DNA of 63,402 bases, the filler included, from Octopus bimaculoides (Eukaryota): NCBI RefSeq assembly GCF_001194135.2. It is 8 parts of 7 records of this genome, joined end to end, with 100 filler letters (N's around TTAATTAATTAA, not from the genome) between each part and the next. Parts side by side here need not be neighbours in the genome. Positions count along the whole stretch, not along the records: positions 18,510 to 49,684 come from NC_068989.1; positions 49,785 to 52,267 come from NC_068983.1; 6 more parts are not named here. The stretch is one strand, 5' to 3'. Made by a program: the position numbers and the translations under genes. Shown here piece by piece: positions 37,970 through 52,367 of this stretch; position 1 is the stretch's first letter, and the number at the start of each line of letters is the position of its first letter. The notes beneath the pieces were generated by a model that made no database searches, was not told where the DNA came from, and was given only the letters and a program-made list of their open reading frames with translations.

Positions 37970-38340
37970 AACATTGTTGTTTAACGTCCGCTTTCCATTC
38001 TGGCATGGGTTGGATGGTTTGACTATGGGCTGGCAAGCCAGAAGGTTGCACTAGGCTTTAATTTTATCTGGCAAGGTTTCTACAGCTGGATGCCCTTCGT
38101 AACACCAACCACTCTGAGAGTGTAGTGGGTGCTTTTTACACACCAGCACAAGGGCCAGTCAGGCAGTACTGGCAATGACCACACCCGAATGGTGCTTTTT
38201 ACATGCCACCGGCACAGAAACCAGTCAGGCCGTACTGGCAACAACCATGCTCGAATGATGGTGCTCTTTACGTGCCGCTTGCATGGGTCCAGTCAGACGG
38301 TACTGGCAACGACCATGCTCGAATGGTGCTTTGTATGTGC
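37970..38340 (-). mobile_element. RTE-like LINE 3' tail
   Basis: Begins tttaacgtccgctttccattctggcatgggttggatgg and continues acagctggatgcccttc; contains an internal tandem duplication of about 65 bp. Confidence 0.6.
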
Positions 38341-38816
38341 CATGTAGGATAGAAAAAAATAAAAAATGATAAAAATAAAAAGTTTTAATTTGCATTAATC
38401 TCTGCATTCAGTAAATTGTTTGTGCTTAATCTGGAAATAACAAAATCTAACATCAAAGATAAGAGATCAACTCTAAGGTAGCTTTTAATCCTTTTCTTGT
38501 CGTGTGTCTCACATGTGGTACCCAGGGCTTATTTCCCTGGATTCCATGCATCTTCTATGATACACATTCCCAATTTTTGTCAACCATCAGAATATCTTGG
38601 GACTTATGAAACAAAAGCTTAATATTATTCAGGGTGTATGAAACAAGGGCTCTCTAAAAGTCTAGAGACAAGTACGTGTGTGTGCGTGTGCATTCATGTG
38701 CATGTGTGTGTGCTTGTGCGTGTGTCTTTGTGCATGTGCATGCATGTGTGCATGAATGTGTGCATGTGTGTGTGCACACATGTGTTGTGTGTGTTTGTGC
38801 ATGTATTTTATGTATG

Positions 38817-38919
<103 letters not shown>

Positions 38920-41900
38920 TTAAGTCATACACACATGCAGATACATTTACACACATAAATTTACTTATTCATATCTATGTATATATATGTGTGTGTGTGT
39001 GCATGCTTGTACACATACACTCGCATATAGATAGACAGATGGATACATACATACATACATGTGTGTGTGTAACTGTGTGTGTGCGTATGTGTGTGCATGT
39101 TTATGCCACACTATACATGTATACCCCTACACACACTGGCATATATACACAGTGCTATAAATCTGCAGCCAACATAGAGAGTGAACACAAGAAAAAAAAA
39201 TGTATACATACAAAAGAAAGAAGGAAAGAAAGAAAGAAGGAAAGAAAGATGCAATCAAAGAAAGCAACAAAGAAAGGAGGAAAGAACGAAAGCAAGAAGT
39301 CCAATGAAGCCTGACTGAAGACTACAAGAGAATGGTTGCTAATTCATAGTTTGGTGCTTCTCTTGTTAGACAGGAAATTCTTGTGGAAAATTCTGTAATT
39401 GTTGTGAAGTGCTATCCTGTGTCTTTGACAATAATCTTAACTTGATTTCAGCTACGAAACTCCACTGTCCATCTTTTTCTGATGGCTTTTGCTGATTTGG
39501 TTTAGATCAAGAATGGAACGGAACAGTGGTGGCGGCAGCAGCAGCGGTGGTGGTGGTGGTGTGTGCTGGCATAGTTGTAATGTAATGGTATGTTCTTTGG
39601 TGGTAGTGGGTGGTGGTGGTGTTGGTGGTAGTGGGTGGTGGTGGTGGTGGTGTTGGTGGTAGTGATGGCTGTAGTAGTGGTGGTGGTGATTTTGGTGGTG
39701 GTGGCTGTGGTGGTGGTGGTGTTGGTGATNNNNNNNNNNNNNNNNNNNNNNNNNNNNNNNNNNNNNNNNNNNNNNNNNNNNNNNNNNNNNNNNNNNNNNN
39801 NNNNNNNNNNNNNNNNNNNNNNNNNNNNNNNNNNNNNNNNNNNNNNNNNNNNNNNNNNNNNNNNNNNNNNNNNNNNNNNNNNNNNNNNNNNNNNNNNNNN
39901 NNNNNNNNNNNNNNNNNNNNNNNNNNNNNNNNNNNNNNNNNNNNNNNNNNNNNNNNNNNNNNNNNNNNNNNNNNNNNNNNNNNNNNNNNNNNNNNNNNNN
40001 NNNNNNNNNNNNNNNNNNNNNNNNNNNNNNNNNNNNNNNNNNNNNNNNNNNNNNNNNNNNNNNNNNNNNNNNNNNNNNNNNNNNNNNNNNNNNNNNNNNN
40101 NNNNNNNNNNNNNNNNNNNNNNNNNNNNNNNNNNNNNNNNNNNNNNNNNNNNNNNNNNNNNNNNNNNNNNNNNNNNNNNNNNNNNNNNNNNNNNNNNNNN
40201 NNNNNNNNNNNNNNNNNNNNNNNNNNNNNNNNNNNNNNNNNNNNNNNNNNNNNNNNNNNNNNNNNNNNNNNNNNNNNNNNNNNNNNNNNNNNNNNNNNNN
40301 NNNNNNNNNNNNNNNNNNNNNNNNNNNNNNNNNNNNNNNNNNNNNNNNNNNNNNNNNNNNNNNNNNNNNNNNNNNNNNNNNNNNNNNNNNNNNNNNNNNN
40401 NNNNNNNNNNNNNNNNNNNNNNACCAAGATGCAAACCCCACCCCCATGCAAACATATATCATCATCATCATTGAAAAAGTAAAATAAAGACAAAGTTTCC
40501 TTCTTGACTCATGTTGACTCATAAGGGCCGGTTTCCAGGTTACCATGATGTATAAATTCTCCACCTGGACAAGACACTGATCCGTCACAGGGTTACTCAT
40601 TCTGGATAGCTGAGTGGACTGGAGCAACGTGAAATGAACACAATACATCGCCCGGTCCAGGAGCAGAAACCACAGTCTTACGATCATGAGTCCAACACCC
40701 TAACCACTAAGCCATGTGCCTCCACACTAAAAGGAATGACTAGCCATAAAATGCTACCACAAAATGACCCACCCAACCCAAAGGATTTAGGATTCCATTA
40801 TCTTGCTGGGAAGGAGTGAAAAGATGTTAGCAGAAAATTGTCAGATGCAGCTGAGAATGCAAGCCATTACATTTGGCATGAGAGAGAGAGAGAGTGGGGT
40901 GCAGTAAGAACAAGCATTCAGGATGACAGGAACATCTGGCCTGGAGTCACAAACATGATTCAGTGAAGCTTGTGTAGTTATTTTGGAGTTTTGTTGCCTA
41001 TATTGGTGAGTAGCTCTGGTACTGCTGTAGAAAGGGCTGGAACATCTTCAGAGCTGCTATACTGCCTGATCAGACACTGGTTTCTGCATTTGGAGACAGA
41101 GTACAGCAGCGCTCTTAGCACAGAAGTCTTTACCCTGAATGTGTCTTTTCTGAGACAGATAAGGTTTGAGAGCAAAATTGCAGCTATTTCTAGCAAGTTG
41201 AACAACCACACAGTGGATCTTTTATCAGCTCAGGTGAATAGAAATAGTGAATAGTAATGATGATGACCGTAATGAAAGGGAAGATAATTGTGGTGAGGGA
41301 ATTGGTGATGTTAGTACTGGCGAGGGTGTTCCTCAGTAGAGGTTTGTTGGCCAAAGAACCTCTGTATAAACGTCTCTTTTATCAGCTCTCATGCCAGATC
41401 TTCGACGCCACTGTTTGATGCGTAATCAACAGTTCCACAGACAAAGACAGGAGAGATTTGATGTTTGTCGTTTTTTTTTTTTAATCTTTTTTATATTTTT
41501 TCCACTTCCTGAAACTGAATACGAACAAATGAAGAAGAATTTCTTCAGAAATTCTGTCTGGTATATCATATATTCCTATATGTGTTAGTGTGTATATGAG
41601 TGTGTGTGTGTGTGTGTGTGTGTGTATGTATGAGCATGTGTGTGAATGTCTGTTTACATGTGTGCGGATAAAAATGCGATGGAGGAGAATAAAATAAGAC
41701 ATTTTTCTCCTTTATTTTTTTCATTCTTTCACACTTCACTATATATATATANNNNNNNNNNNNNNNNNNNNNNNNNNNNNNNNNNNNNNNNNNNNNNNNN
41801 NNNNNNNNNNNNNNNNNNNNNNNNNNNNNNNNNNNNNNNNNNNNNNNNNNNNNNNNNNNNNNNNNNNNNNNNNNNNNNNNNNNNNNNNNNNNNNNNNNNN

Positions 41901-43114
41901 NNNNNNNNNNNNNNNNNNNNNNNNNNNNNNNNNNNNNNNNNNNNNNNNNNNNNNNNNNNNNNNNNNNNNNNNNNNNNNNNNNNNNNNNNNNNNNNNNNNN
42001 NNNNNNNNNNNNNNNNNNNNNNNNNNNNNNNNNNNNNNNNNNNNNNNNNNNNNNNNNNNNNNNNNNNNNNNNNNNNNNNNNNNNNNNNNNNNNNNNNNNN
42101 NNNNNNNNNNNNNNNNNNNNNNNNNNNNNNNNNNNNNNNNNNNNNNNNNNNNNNNNNNNNNNNNNNNNNNNNNNNNNNNNNNNNNNNNNNNNNNNNNNNN
42201 NNNNNNNNNNNNNNNNNNNNNNNNNNNNNNNNNNNNNNNNNNNNNNNNNNNNNNNNNNNNNNTATATAAATAAATACATGTATATACCCCCCCCCCACAC
42301 ACACATATATATATATATGTGCATACACACAGACAACAGGCTCACCATACATATAAATAAATATTGAATATATACATAGAAGCATGCATTTGTTATTTAC
42401 AATAATTCTGCTTTATATCTAACCTAAAGCTTATAATAAGAAAAGCAACAGGTATATAGGCAATAAGAATCATAGTTGTTTCTAATTTTAGTAACAAGGC
42501 CAGCAATTCTGAGAGAAAGGTAAAAACAATTACATCAACCCTGGAAAAAGAGGAATGAGAAGAAAGAGAGAAAGGTAAGAACTCCAAGTTCTTCATCCTC
42601 TTTGCCTGGAGAAATCATAATTAACAGGTGCATGGATTAGTGGTTAGGGTGTCAGCATCATGATCATAAGAGTGTGGTTTCGATTCCTGGACCGGGTGAC
42701 GCGTTGTGTTCTTGAGCAAAACACTTCATTTCATGTTGCTCCAGTCCACTCAGCTGGCAAAAATGTGTAATGCTGCAATGGACTGGCGTCCCGTCCAGGT
42801 GGGTGGGGGCAACACATTTGCCATAGAAACCGGAAAACCGGGCCCATGGGCCTGGCTAGGCTTTAAAAGGGTGCATAAAAAAAAAATACATAAGTAAGCA
42901 CATAAATACCAAACAAGGTGGGAAAAAACAGTACTCGAATACTGTTGGTAGAATAATATAAGAGAATGGGGGACCCTTTGCAGCACAATCATGATAAATA
43001 TGATATCTGCCCTCACTTATACTAGCATGACCAAAATGATAGCCACTACATCACTTATCCATCAACACCACCACTACCACCACCACCACCACCAAACCTT
43101 GTAATCTATTAAAT

Positions 43115-43350
43115 CATCATCATCATCATCATCGTTTAACGTCCGTTTTCCATGCTGGCATGGGTTGGACAGTTCGACTGGGGTCTGGGAAGTCAGGAGG
43201 CTGCACCTGACTCCAGTCTGATCTGGCAATGTTTCTACTGCTGGATGCCCTTCCTAACACCAACCACTCCAAGAGTGTGGTTGGTGCTTTTTACGTGCCA
43301 CTGGCACAGGGGCTAGGGAGGGGGGAGGGCTGGCATTGACCACAATCGGA
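43115..43350 (-). mobile_element. RTE-like LINE 3' tail with (CAT)n end
   Basis: catcatcatcgtttaacgtccgttttccatgctggcatgggttggacag. Another copy at 44290-44600. Confidence 0.6.
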
Positions 43351-43411
43351 TGGTAATAAACAAATAAATTAGTAAATAATAAAATAAAATGAAATAGGAT
43401 AAAATTCTTAC

Positions 43412-43640
43412 TTTTTGAATACATCCAGAAAATGATGTTGAAATGTTGGCATATTTGGATGTTTCATCAAAGTTTTGATGTCCACCAATGTACAGGTCTT
43501 GCAGGAGTGTCAGCTGGGTATAGGCACCCTGGGACAAACCTTCTGCTCGTGGTTGATTGTCAACTTCCAAGATACCATCTCGTCCTGTACGTGACAGTTT
43601 CACGATGTGCCAGTTGCCCAGATTGACAGCGTGTGGACTC
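43412..43640 (-). CDS. EGFLAM: Pikachurin/EGFLAM-like exon, second half of a laminin G domain
   Basis: Acceptor tttcag, donor GTAAGA, 229 nt (1+76 codons). Encodes SPHAVNLGNWHIVKLSRTGRDGILEVDNQPRAEGLSQGAYTQLTLLQDLYIGGHQNFDETSKYANISTSFSGCIQK, with LamG motifs WHxV, LYIGG and FSGCI. Ends in phase 0, matching the next exon. Confidence 0.88.
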
Positions 43641-45321
43641 CTGAAATAGAAACAATGAATAAATGAACTTAAAAAAAAAATACAACCATCCGCACCCCAC
43701 TCCAAAAAAAAAATACAACCATCCGCACCCCACTCCAAAAAAAAAAAAAAAANNNNNNNNNNNNNNNNNNNNNNNNNNNNNNNNNNNNNNNNNNNNNNNN
43801 NNNNNNNNNNNNNNNNNNNNNNNNNNNNNNNNNNNNNNNATGATGATGATGATGATGATGATGATGATAACATCGATGATGATGATTCTGAAGAGGAGAT
43901 GAAGTTTGTATGATTTCTGCAGACACTCCAAGACAGCTTGCTGGTCAAGGTCTGATAACGTTATTTACAAATTCTTACACAAGGCCAGCAATTTTGTGAG
44001 AGGTAGTAAGTACACCATATGGACCCTAGCTCACAACTAGTACTTATTTTATTGCCCTTGGTGGAATTTGAACTCAGATTGTCAAAATAGTTGAAATGCT
44101 TCTAAGCATTTTTCCTGGCATGGTAATAATTCTGGTAGCATACTACCTTACATACCGATGCTAACTGGATTAATATAATCTATAGATGCTGACAAGATGA
44201 ACACATTCTGTAAGTATTGAAGAGAGAAAGATAATCCAAAGTGATTAATTGGATTAGCTCAGTCTACAGATAATAAGCAGTCTGATATCATCATCATCAT
44301 CATCATTTAACATCCGTTGTCCATGCTGGCATGGGTTGGACAGTTTGACCAGGGCTGGTGAGCTGGAACGCTGCACCAGACTCCAGTCTGATTTGGCTAG
44401 GTTTTCTACATCTGGATGCCCTTCCTAATGCCAGCCACTCTGGGGTGCGTTTATATGCCACTGGCACAGGTACCAATCTGCATGACACTGGTGTCTGCCA
44501 CAACTGCGATTTTTACTCAGCTTGATGGGTCTTCTTCTCAAGTACGACATAATGCCAAGGGTCTTGGTCATTGCCTCCATGAGGCCCAACACTTGAAAGA
44601 AAGGATATATACTGAGAATTTGGTTGATCGCACTATTTTTTACCTGTTTACATAGTGTTAATTTCTCGATTTACAATATTATTGTTGTTTATGTATTTTT
44701 TAAAGGAGACTAACAAAACAAAAAAGAATTTTGTTATTAGAAAACTAAGGTTTCTCAAGACAAGTCTGTTTTGTTCCACATGGGCATTTAAAAAATATAT
44801 TCAATAACAACATCTTTGAAGTGCGTCTCTTCTTTTTATTTTCTTTCACTTTAGCTCACAGATTAAAGCAACAAGTGATAGATTTATTATCTCTTTACAA
44901 AAGCTATTAGCACTGATAACTATGATGGTGGGGCGGTGGGGAGGGCGAATACACAAGCAAAAACAATAAACAATGAACACTCAAAAATTTTTTAAAAAAA
45001 CCTCCAGAAAACCCAAAAATATAAACAAATATTTCAAAAGATGAAGAATATAATTTCTTAAATATAACAGTAAAAAAAAAAAAATAAAGAAAATAAAGAA
45101 CCCTTAGATTATGGTATCACGAGAAGGTACCAGTTTATTCCTGTTTATTCATTTCTGTTGGTGTGCAAACATAAACTAATTTATCATCATTGTTTGTTTG
45201 TTTGATGGTTTCCTTCTTTGATGGTTATGAAGGTTGTTGATTGTCCTTGTTTTAATACTTGAAATTCTAATTTATTTGGTCACAACTGGAAGATATATAG
45301 TTGCACACACACACACACACA

Positions 45322-45553
45322 TACTCTTTACTCTTTTACTTGTTTCAGTCATTTGACTGTGGCCATGCTGGAGCACCACCTTTAGTCGAGCAAATCGACC
45401 CCGGGACTTATTCTTTGTAAGCCTAGTACTTATTTTATCAGTCTCTTTTGCCGAACCGCTAAGTGACGGGGACATAAACACGCCAGCATCGGTTGTCAAG
45501 CAATGCTAGGGGGACAAACACAGACACACAAACACACACACACACACACACAC

Positions 45554-45584
<31 letters not shown>

Positions 45585-45609
45585 NNNNNNNNNNNNNNNN
45601 NNNNNNNNN

Positions 45610-45646
<37 letters not shown>

Positions 45647-45820
45647 TACATATATATACGACGGGCTTCTTTCAGTTTCCGTCAACCAAATCCACTCACA
45701 AGGTTTGGGTTGGCCTGAGGCTATAGTAGAAGACACTTGCCCAAGGTACCACGCAGTGGAACTGAACCCTAGACCATGTTGTTGGTAAGCAAGCTACTTA
45801 CCACACACCCACTTCTGCAC
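45322..45820 (-). mobile_element. SINE family A, near full length
   Basis: Head, core and tail in reverse orientation. Confidence 0.8.
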
Positions 45821-45841
45821 CTATATATATATATGAGTGTG

Positions 45842-45883
<42 letters not shown>

Positions 45884-45985
45884 TAAAGATAGTTCCAGTA
45901 AGCTTTGGATCATGACCCTACATGTCTATATGTATGTGTGTGTATGTGTGTATGAGGGTGTGTGTATATATATATATGTTTATAT

Positions 45986-46039
<54 letters not shown>

Positions 46040-47003
46040 TTAAGAATTTAAGGAATGGAGAAAACACGTTATAATTGCATATATATATATATATATATAC
46101 ACATACATATATCTATATCCATGTGTAAATATATATTATACATATTAAATATTTATCACATTGATGGACACATTATACTGATCATCATCATCATTGTTGT
46201 TGTTGTTATCATCATCATCATCATCATTTGACGTCGTCATCATCATCATCATCCTCATCATCATATAGTGCCCAGCTTCCATGGTGGCTTGGGTTGTACA
46301 GTTTGACAGCTTCTGATGATTTTGAAGGTCTGCATCACATCAGTTTTTGCATCATAACAATTGCTGTGGCCAGGGACCCTCCCCAACATCAACCCTTTTA
46401 CAGAGTTTACCTGGGGGGGGGGGGGTTGCTCCCTATTTGTTTTTTAATGGAAGCACCGCTTGTTATCATTGTCTCATTATTTGCAAGGTTAGGGGCCTTA
46501 AGTGGGTTGAACAAGGAGAATAGAGAAAGAAAGGGTGCATGATAATTGGAGGCAGAAAGAAGAAGGGGTTACAGATAAGAGGAGAAGAGGGGTGAGTATG
46601 ACAAGGAACAGGGACAAAAGAAAGGGTTTAGTGACAGGGTTGGGGGAAATGGGGAGGAATAGGGCTGAAAAAAAAGTGTTTGGGTTGATGTGTGAGGAGT
46701 GGTTAGGGGTTATCCAGCATCATATGGAGGGTGTATGAATAGAAGGTGTAAGGGAGAGGGGATGGGCAGGGGACCAACAGTAGAGAGTGAAAAGGAATCC
46801 TGAGAGAGTCATAAAAGGAGAGAGAGATGTAGGAGGTCGTGAGGGAAGGTCTGAGGAGGAAAAGATGAAAGGGGGCAGATAAGTTATGGGGGAGAGGGTA
46901 GTGAGATAAAATGCAGGGGTGAGTGAGAAGCATACATACATACATATGTATATATATATACATATATTATACACATACACACACACATAGTTATATGGTT
47001 ATG

Positions 47004-47059
<56 letters not shown>

Positions 47060-47302
47060 CAAAAATATATTTAATATGTATATCAATATGTGTGTGTGTG
47101 TATATATATATAAATATATATGCGTATAATTATATTATATATATATGTGAGTGTGTGTGTATATATATATATATATGTATATATATGTGAGTGTGTGTAT
47201 ATATTATAAATATATATATATATGTATATAATATATAGACACATATACACACATAAACATTATGTATGTTAAATATATATTATAATATAATTATAAATAT
47301 AT

Positions 47303-47374
<72 letters not shown>

Positions 47375-48099
47375 TATGTAGCTACATACAAATACATCCA
47401 TCCACACATAAATTTATGTGGATGGATACATATACATATACATACATACACATATATCCATACATATATATATACACACATATATATATATATACATACA
47501 TACATACACACACATATATACTAGATATATATACATACATACACATATATATACATACAAATATATATGAATACATGCATACTTATGCATACATACATAC
47601 ATATACTCACACACACACACACATATATATATGTACACATAAATTCTAATGTTTTTATATTAATGTTTGACATTGCTCTCTCAGGCATAATCTTGTAACC
47701 TAGGAAACAAGATAATGGGGGTACAAGGGCCAAGTGGTATTAAAGATGTGATCAATAAGATAAAAAAAAAATGACAACACAACAAAAGCAGCAACAAGTA
47801 CAGCAGCAGCAACAATAATGGCAGTGGTATTATAATCATAAGTGGCGGCGGCAGTATTTGAAAGAACACCTCACAACAATACGATCTCACTTAAATAATT
47901 GACCCGGGAAAATGTTTGCTACCATAGGGTGCGATGGTTAGTGGGTGAAAGATTGTAGTTTTTAATTATTTATTTATTTATTTTGCTTGTTATATTTTTA
48001 ATTCTATTTCCATTCAGTGTGAAGAGATAGCACCAAGACATAAAGAATATTTAGATAACGAACATCAACAAGGACTTTTGTTGATAACAATGAACAAAC

Positions 48100-48247
48100 C
48101 AACAAACAAACGAAAATTATCATGGCGGTGGTGGTGGTGCTGCTGGTGATGAGGATGATGATGATTATAATAATATTGATAATATCAATAACAGTAATAA
48201 CGCTGCTACTACTACTACTACTACTAAATAACGTGAACAATAATAAA

Positions 48248-48327
<80 letters not shown>

Positions 48328-48397
48328 TAATAATAATAATAATAATAATAATAATGCTGATGATTATGGTGATATAGTAATAATGATAATAATAATG

Positions 48398-48448
<51 letters not shown>

Positions 48449-48712
48449 CTGATGATTATGGTGATATAGTAATAATGATAATAATAATAATCCTTTCTTT
48501 ATTGGCCACAAGGACAGCAATAACAATAATGATATTAATAATAATGATGATGATGAAGATGATGATAATAATAATAATAACAAAGAATGAGAATAATAAT
48601 AATAATAATTGTGATGAAAATAAAAATGATAATGATGATGATGACAATAATAATAATAATCATAATAATAATATTAATAATAATAATAATAATAATAATA
48701 ATGATAATAATA

Positions 48713-48763
<51 letters not shown>

Positions 48764-48800
48764 GTAACAAGAACACTAACAAGAATTATAATACTGTAAA
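48100..48800. repeat. (AAT/GAT)n trinucleotide tract
   Basis: Seen directly in the sequence. Confidence 0.95.
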
Positions 48801-49414
48801 GAAGGGGTGGGGGAAAGGGGTTTTTACATTTCAATATGGCATGTATTATAATTAAGATATACCCCACTTTCCATAACCTTCCTTCATCAAAAGGGATGAT
48901 TAAATCAACATCAACAACGACATTAAGAACATCATCACCACCACCACCATCATCATCATCGGATAGAGCAACTGCAGCAGCAGCAGCAGCACCAATAAGC
49001 CCAAGACAAATGAAAGCTAATCATGCATGTTATCTGACTATACTCTTATGGCGATAGTTCAGATGATTGCAGTGTGCTTTTCAATGGAACTTTTCACAGA
49101 GAATAAGGGTCCTTTTGTTCTTCCATACTATTATAGGCAAACAATGTGAATGAACTCCAGAAAATATGGGAGGTGGCTGGAGACAAATATCTAGGAGTGT
49201 GTGTTTGTGTGTGTGTGTGTTGGAAGAGGGTATTGGAGTATGGAGCAGTTTAGAAGGTGGGGGTTGAGTAAACTTTGAGATGCATGGGTGTGTATATATA
49301 TTGCCTTTGCTGTGTTTACAGAAGGCAGTAATAAGCTCTATACAATGGACAATGTCCCCTGTAGTGTGACTGTTTGTTTGCAACAGAAGATAGGAGTACA
49401 TACATATACATACC

Positions 49415-49453
<39 letters not shown>

Positions 49454-49463
49454 NNNNNNNNNN

Positions 49464-49507
<44 letters not shown>

Positions 49508-49615
49508 TTCTACATATATGTGTCTGTGTGTATGTAAAGTAATATGACTACATGCATGTGAATATTGATATGCATGCATATGTGAATTCATGTGTGGATG
49601 CATACATATCACATA

Positions 49616-49684
<69 letters not shown>

Positions 49685-49823
49685 NNNNNNNNNNNNNNNN
49701 NNNNNNNNNNNNNNNNNNNNNNNNNNNNTTAATTAATTAANNNNNNNNNNNNNNNNNNNNNNNNNNNNNNNNNNNNNNNNNNNNGTGTATGTGTGCGTAA
49801 GCTGGTGTGTATCATAGTTCTAA

Positions 49824-51921
49824 GCAACAGTATGGCTTTCCTCTTAGCCCCATCTTCTCACCCCATTGTGCTGTTGCTGTCTTAGGACCCGAAAATTTGG
49901 TACAGTTCCTGTATCTCTCTGTGATTGTGTGTTCGACCACGGTGTTGCCATCGTGGTAGTTGTTGTTGTTATTGCGATCGTTCTCACCGCCGCTGCTGCT
50001 GTCGTTGTTGGTCGTGTTGTTGATATTGATATTGTTGCGACCGTCCCTGAAGTTATTGTGTGTGTTTGTGTGTGTATGGGTTCACTTCGTATGTTGTTTG
50101 TATCCATGCCCTTTATATAGATTTATTTATTTTATCTTTCTCTATTTCTTATATTTATCACAGGTATGTTACAACTATATTTATTTATTTACGGACCCCC
50201 GAAAACAATAATCAGGTTAAAACGTTGGTCACGCACACTCAAGGGCCAAATATTTAAGTTTAATAACAAGATATACGCCCAAGAGGAAGGTGCAGCTATT
50301 GGTGTCAGTACTGCTGGCAATGTGGCTAACCTATTAATGGTATGGTGGGATAGGAGACTTAAAGGGAAATTAGTAGAGAACTCCATAAACCTAACTATGT
50401 ACCCCCGCTATGTAGATGATATCAACATAGTAGCCAAAGCACCCCAACAAGAAAATGTTGATGATCTAGAAGCTAACACTATGAAGAGCATCCAGCAAAT
50501 AGCTAACTCCATCCACCAGTGTATTAAAATAACGATAAACTACCCTTGTAAGCACCCAAACTATAGCTTACCTGTTTTAGACAGAACTCGCGCTAGAAAC
50601 GACGAACGGCAAGGTCAAGATCCCTCTCATTATGCCAAACCCATGGCCTCTAAGTACCATGTTTACAAGAACGCAGCTATTGCGGACAACGCTAAGTTCA
50701 ACATTCTTATTGCTGACTTGGTGAGAGTGATGGGGAAATGTGTCTCGAAATTGCGGCGCTATGGAATTGGATAGACACATACAACACTTCATCCACCGCA
50801 TGCAGGTATCTGACTACAATCAAAGGGACAGGATTACAGTGTACAAAGGAGCCAGGACTACGTACAAAGCCATCATAGAGGGTGATGCTAGAGGGCTCTG
50901 CCTGCTATACAGGAATAAATCCTAGAGCAGCATAGAAAGGACCAGAAAAAAGATGGATACGGCCAACTCTTGGTATGACAACAAAAATACCAGAACGCCG
51001 TGTTCGTCGATGCTACCCCTGCCGGTCAACTAGGATACCTTTTTAGAAAACCATTAAGTAAAGCTAATCTACAGATTAAAGTAGTAGAGAGGTCTGGTGA
51101 CCCTATAAAATCTCTGATTTGTAGAACCTATCCCTTTGATAAGTCTCCATGTACGGAGAAAAATTGTGTTGTATGTAGGATGAACCCACGGGTTAACTGT
51201 AAGCTTAGGAATGTAGTGTATAGCTTACGATGTGCTGAGGGACGGCGCAGAAACATGACAACTACATACATAGGAGAGACAGCACGCAGCATAGGAGAGC
51301 GTATAGGTGAAGATTGAAGAGAGCTCAAAAAGAATGGAACAGTAACACCTACCACCATACTACATGACTAAAGACAGTAGGGATTAGAAGAAAGGGGAAA
51401 AAATAATAGTAAGTAAAACACAGATACAAACAGGGTAATACATACATAATAGACACACATGCACATACCTGTGATACATATAAGAAATAGAGATAGATAA
51501 ATATAAAAATAAATAATGATAAAATAAAAAGAAGAAAAAGAAATAAATATATTTGCCACATACTTGTGATAAATATAAGAAATGGAGATAGATAAAATAA
51601 ATAAATAAGTAAATTTATATAAAGGGCATGGATACAAACAACATATGAAGCGAACCTATCCACGCACACAAACACACACACAATAACTTCAGGGACGGCC
51701 GCAACAATATTAATATCAACAACACGACCAACAACGACAGCAGCAGCGGCGGTGAGAACGATTGCAATAACAACAACAACAACAACCACGATGGCAACAC
51801 CGTGGTCGAACACACAATCACAGAGAGATACAGGAACTGTACCAAATTTTCGGGTCCTAAGACAGCCGCAGCACAATGACTTGGTGAGATGATACGGCTG
51901 ATGGGAAGGCCATACTACTGC
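49824..51921 (+). mobile_element. 5'-truncated Penelope-like element (Neptune-like RT plus GIY-YIG) between inverted pseudo-LTRs
   Basis: RT reads FKFNNKIYAQEEGAAIGVSTAGNVANLLM...RYVDDINIV (50166-50774). Cys-rich linker and endonuclease read CTEKNCVVC...NCKLRNVVYSLRC...YIGETARSIGER (51000-51317). Frameshifted. Inverted arms at 49824-50169 and 51558-51921. Confidence 0.9.
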
Positions 51922-51976
51922 CAAGAAATGTGACACATACACAAGCATACACACACAGATACATACACATGCACAC

Positions 51977-52007
<31 letters not shown>

Positions 52008-52367
52008 AACACGGACGCAAACGCATGCGCACATAAGGATACACATCATAGAAGAGCAGACTGGAATAAGTGGAGCAAGAGCACACACGAATACAAGAAA
52101 GTGTCGCTGATGAGGTCACAGATGTGTGACGAAAGATTTCCGGTCAATGGACATGAGTTAAAATAAGAACAGTAGTAAGCGAGTGAAGAACAAATATAAG
52201 TAGTAAACGAATGAAGATCAAATATATAGTGCGTGTATTTATTTGGGGAAAAAATGACCGTCCCGAANNNNNNNNNNNNNNNNNNNNNNNNNNNNNNNNN
52301 NNNNNNNNNNNTTAATTAATTAANNNNNNNNNNNNNNNNNNNNNNNNNNNNNNNNNNNNNNNNNNNN

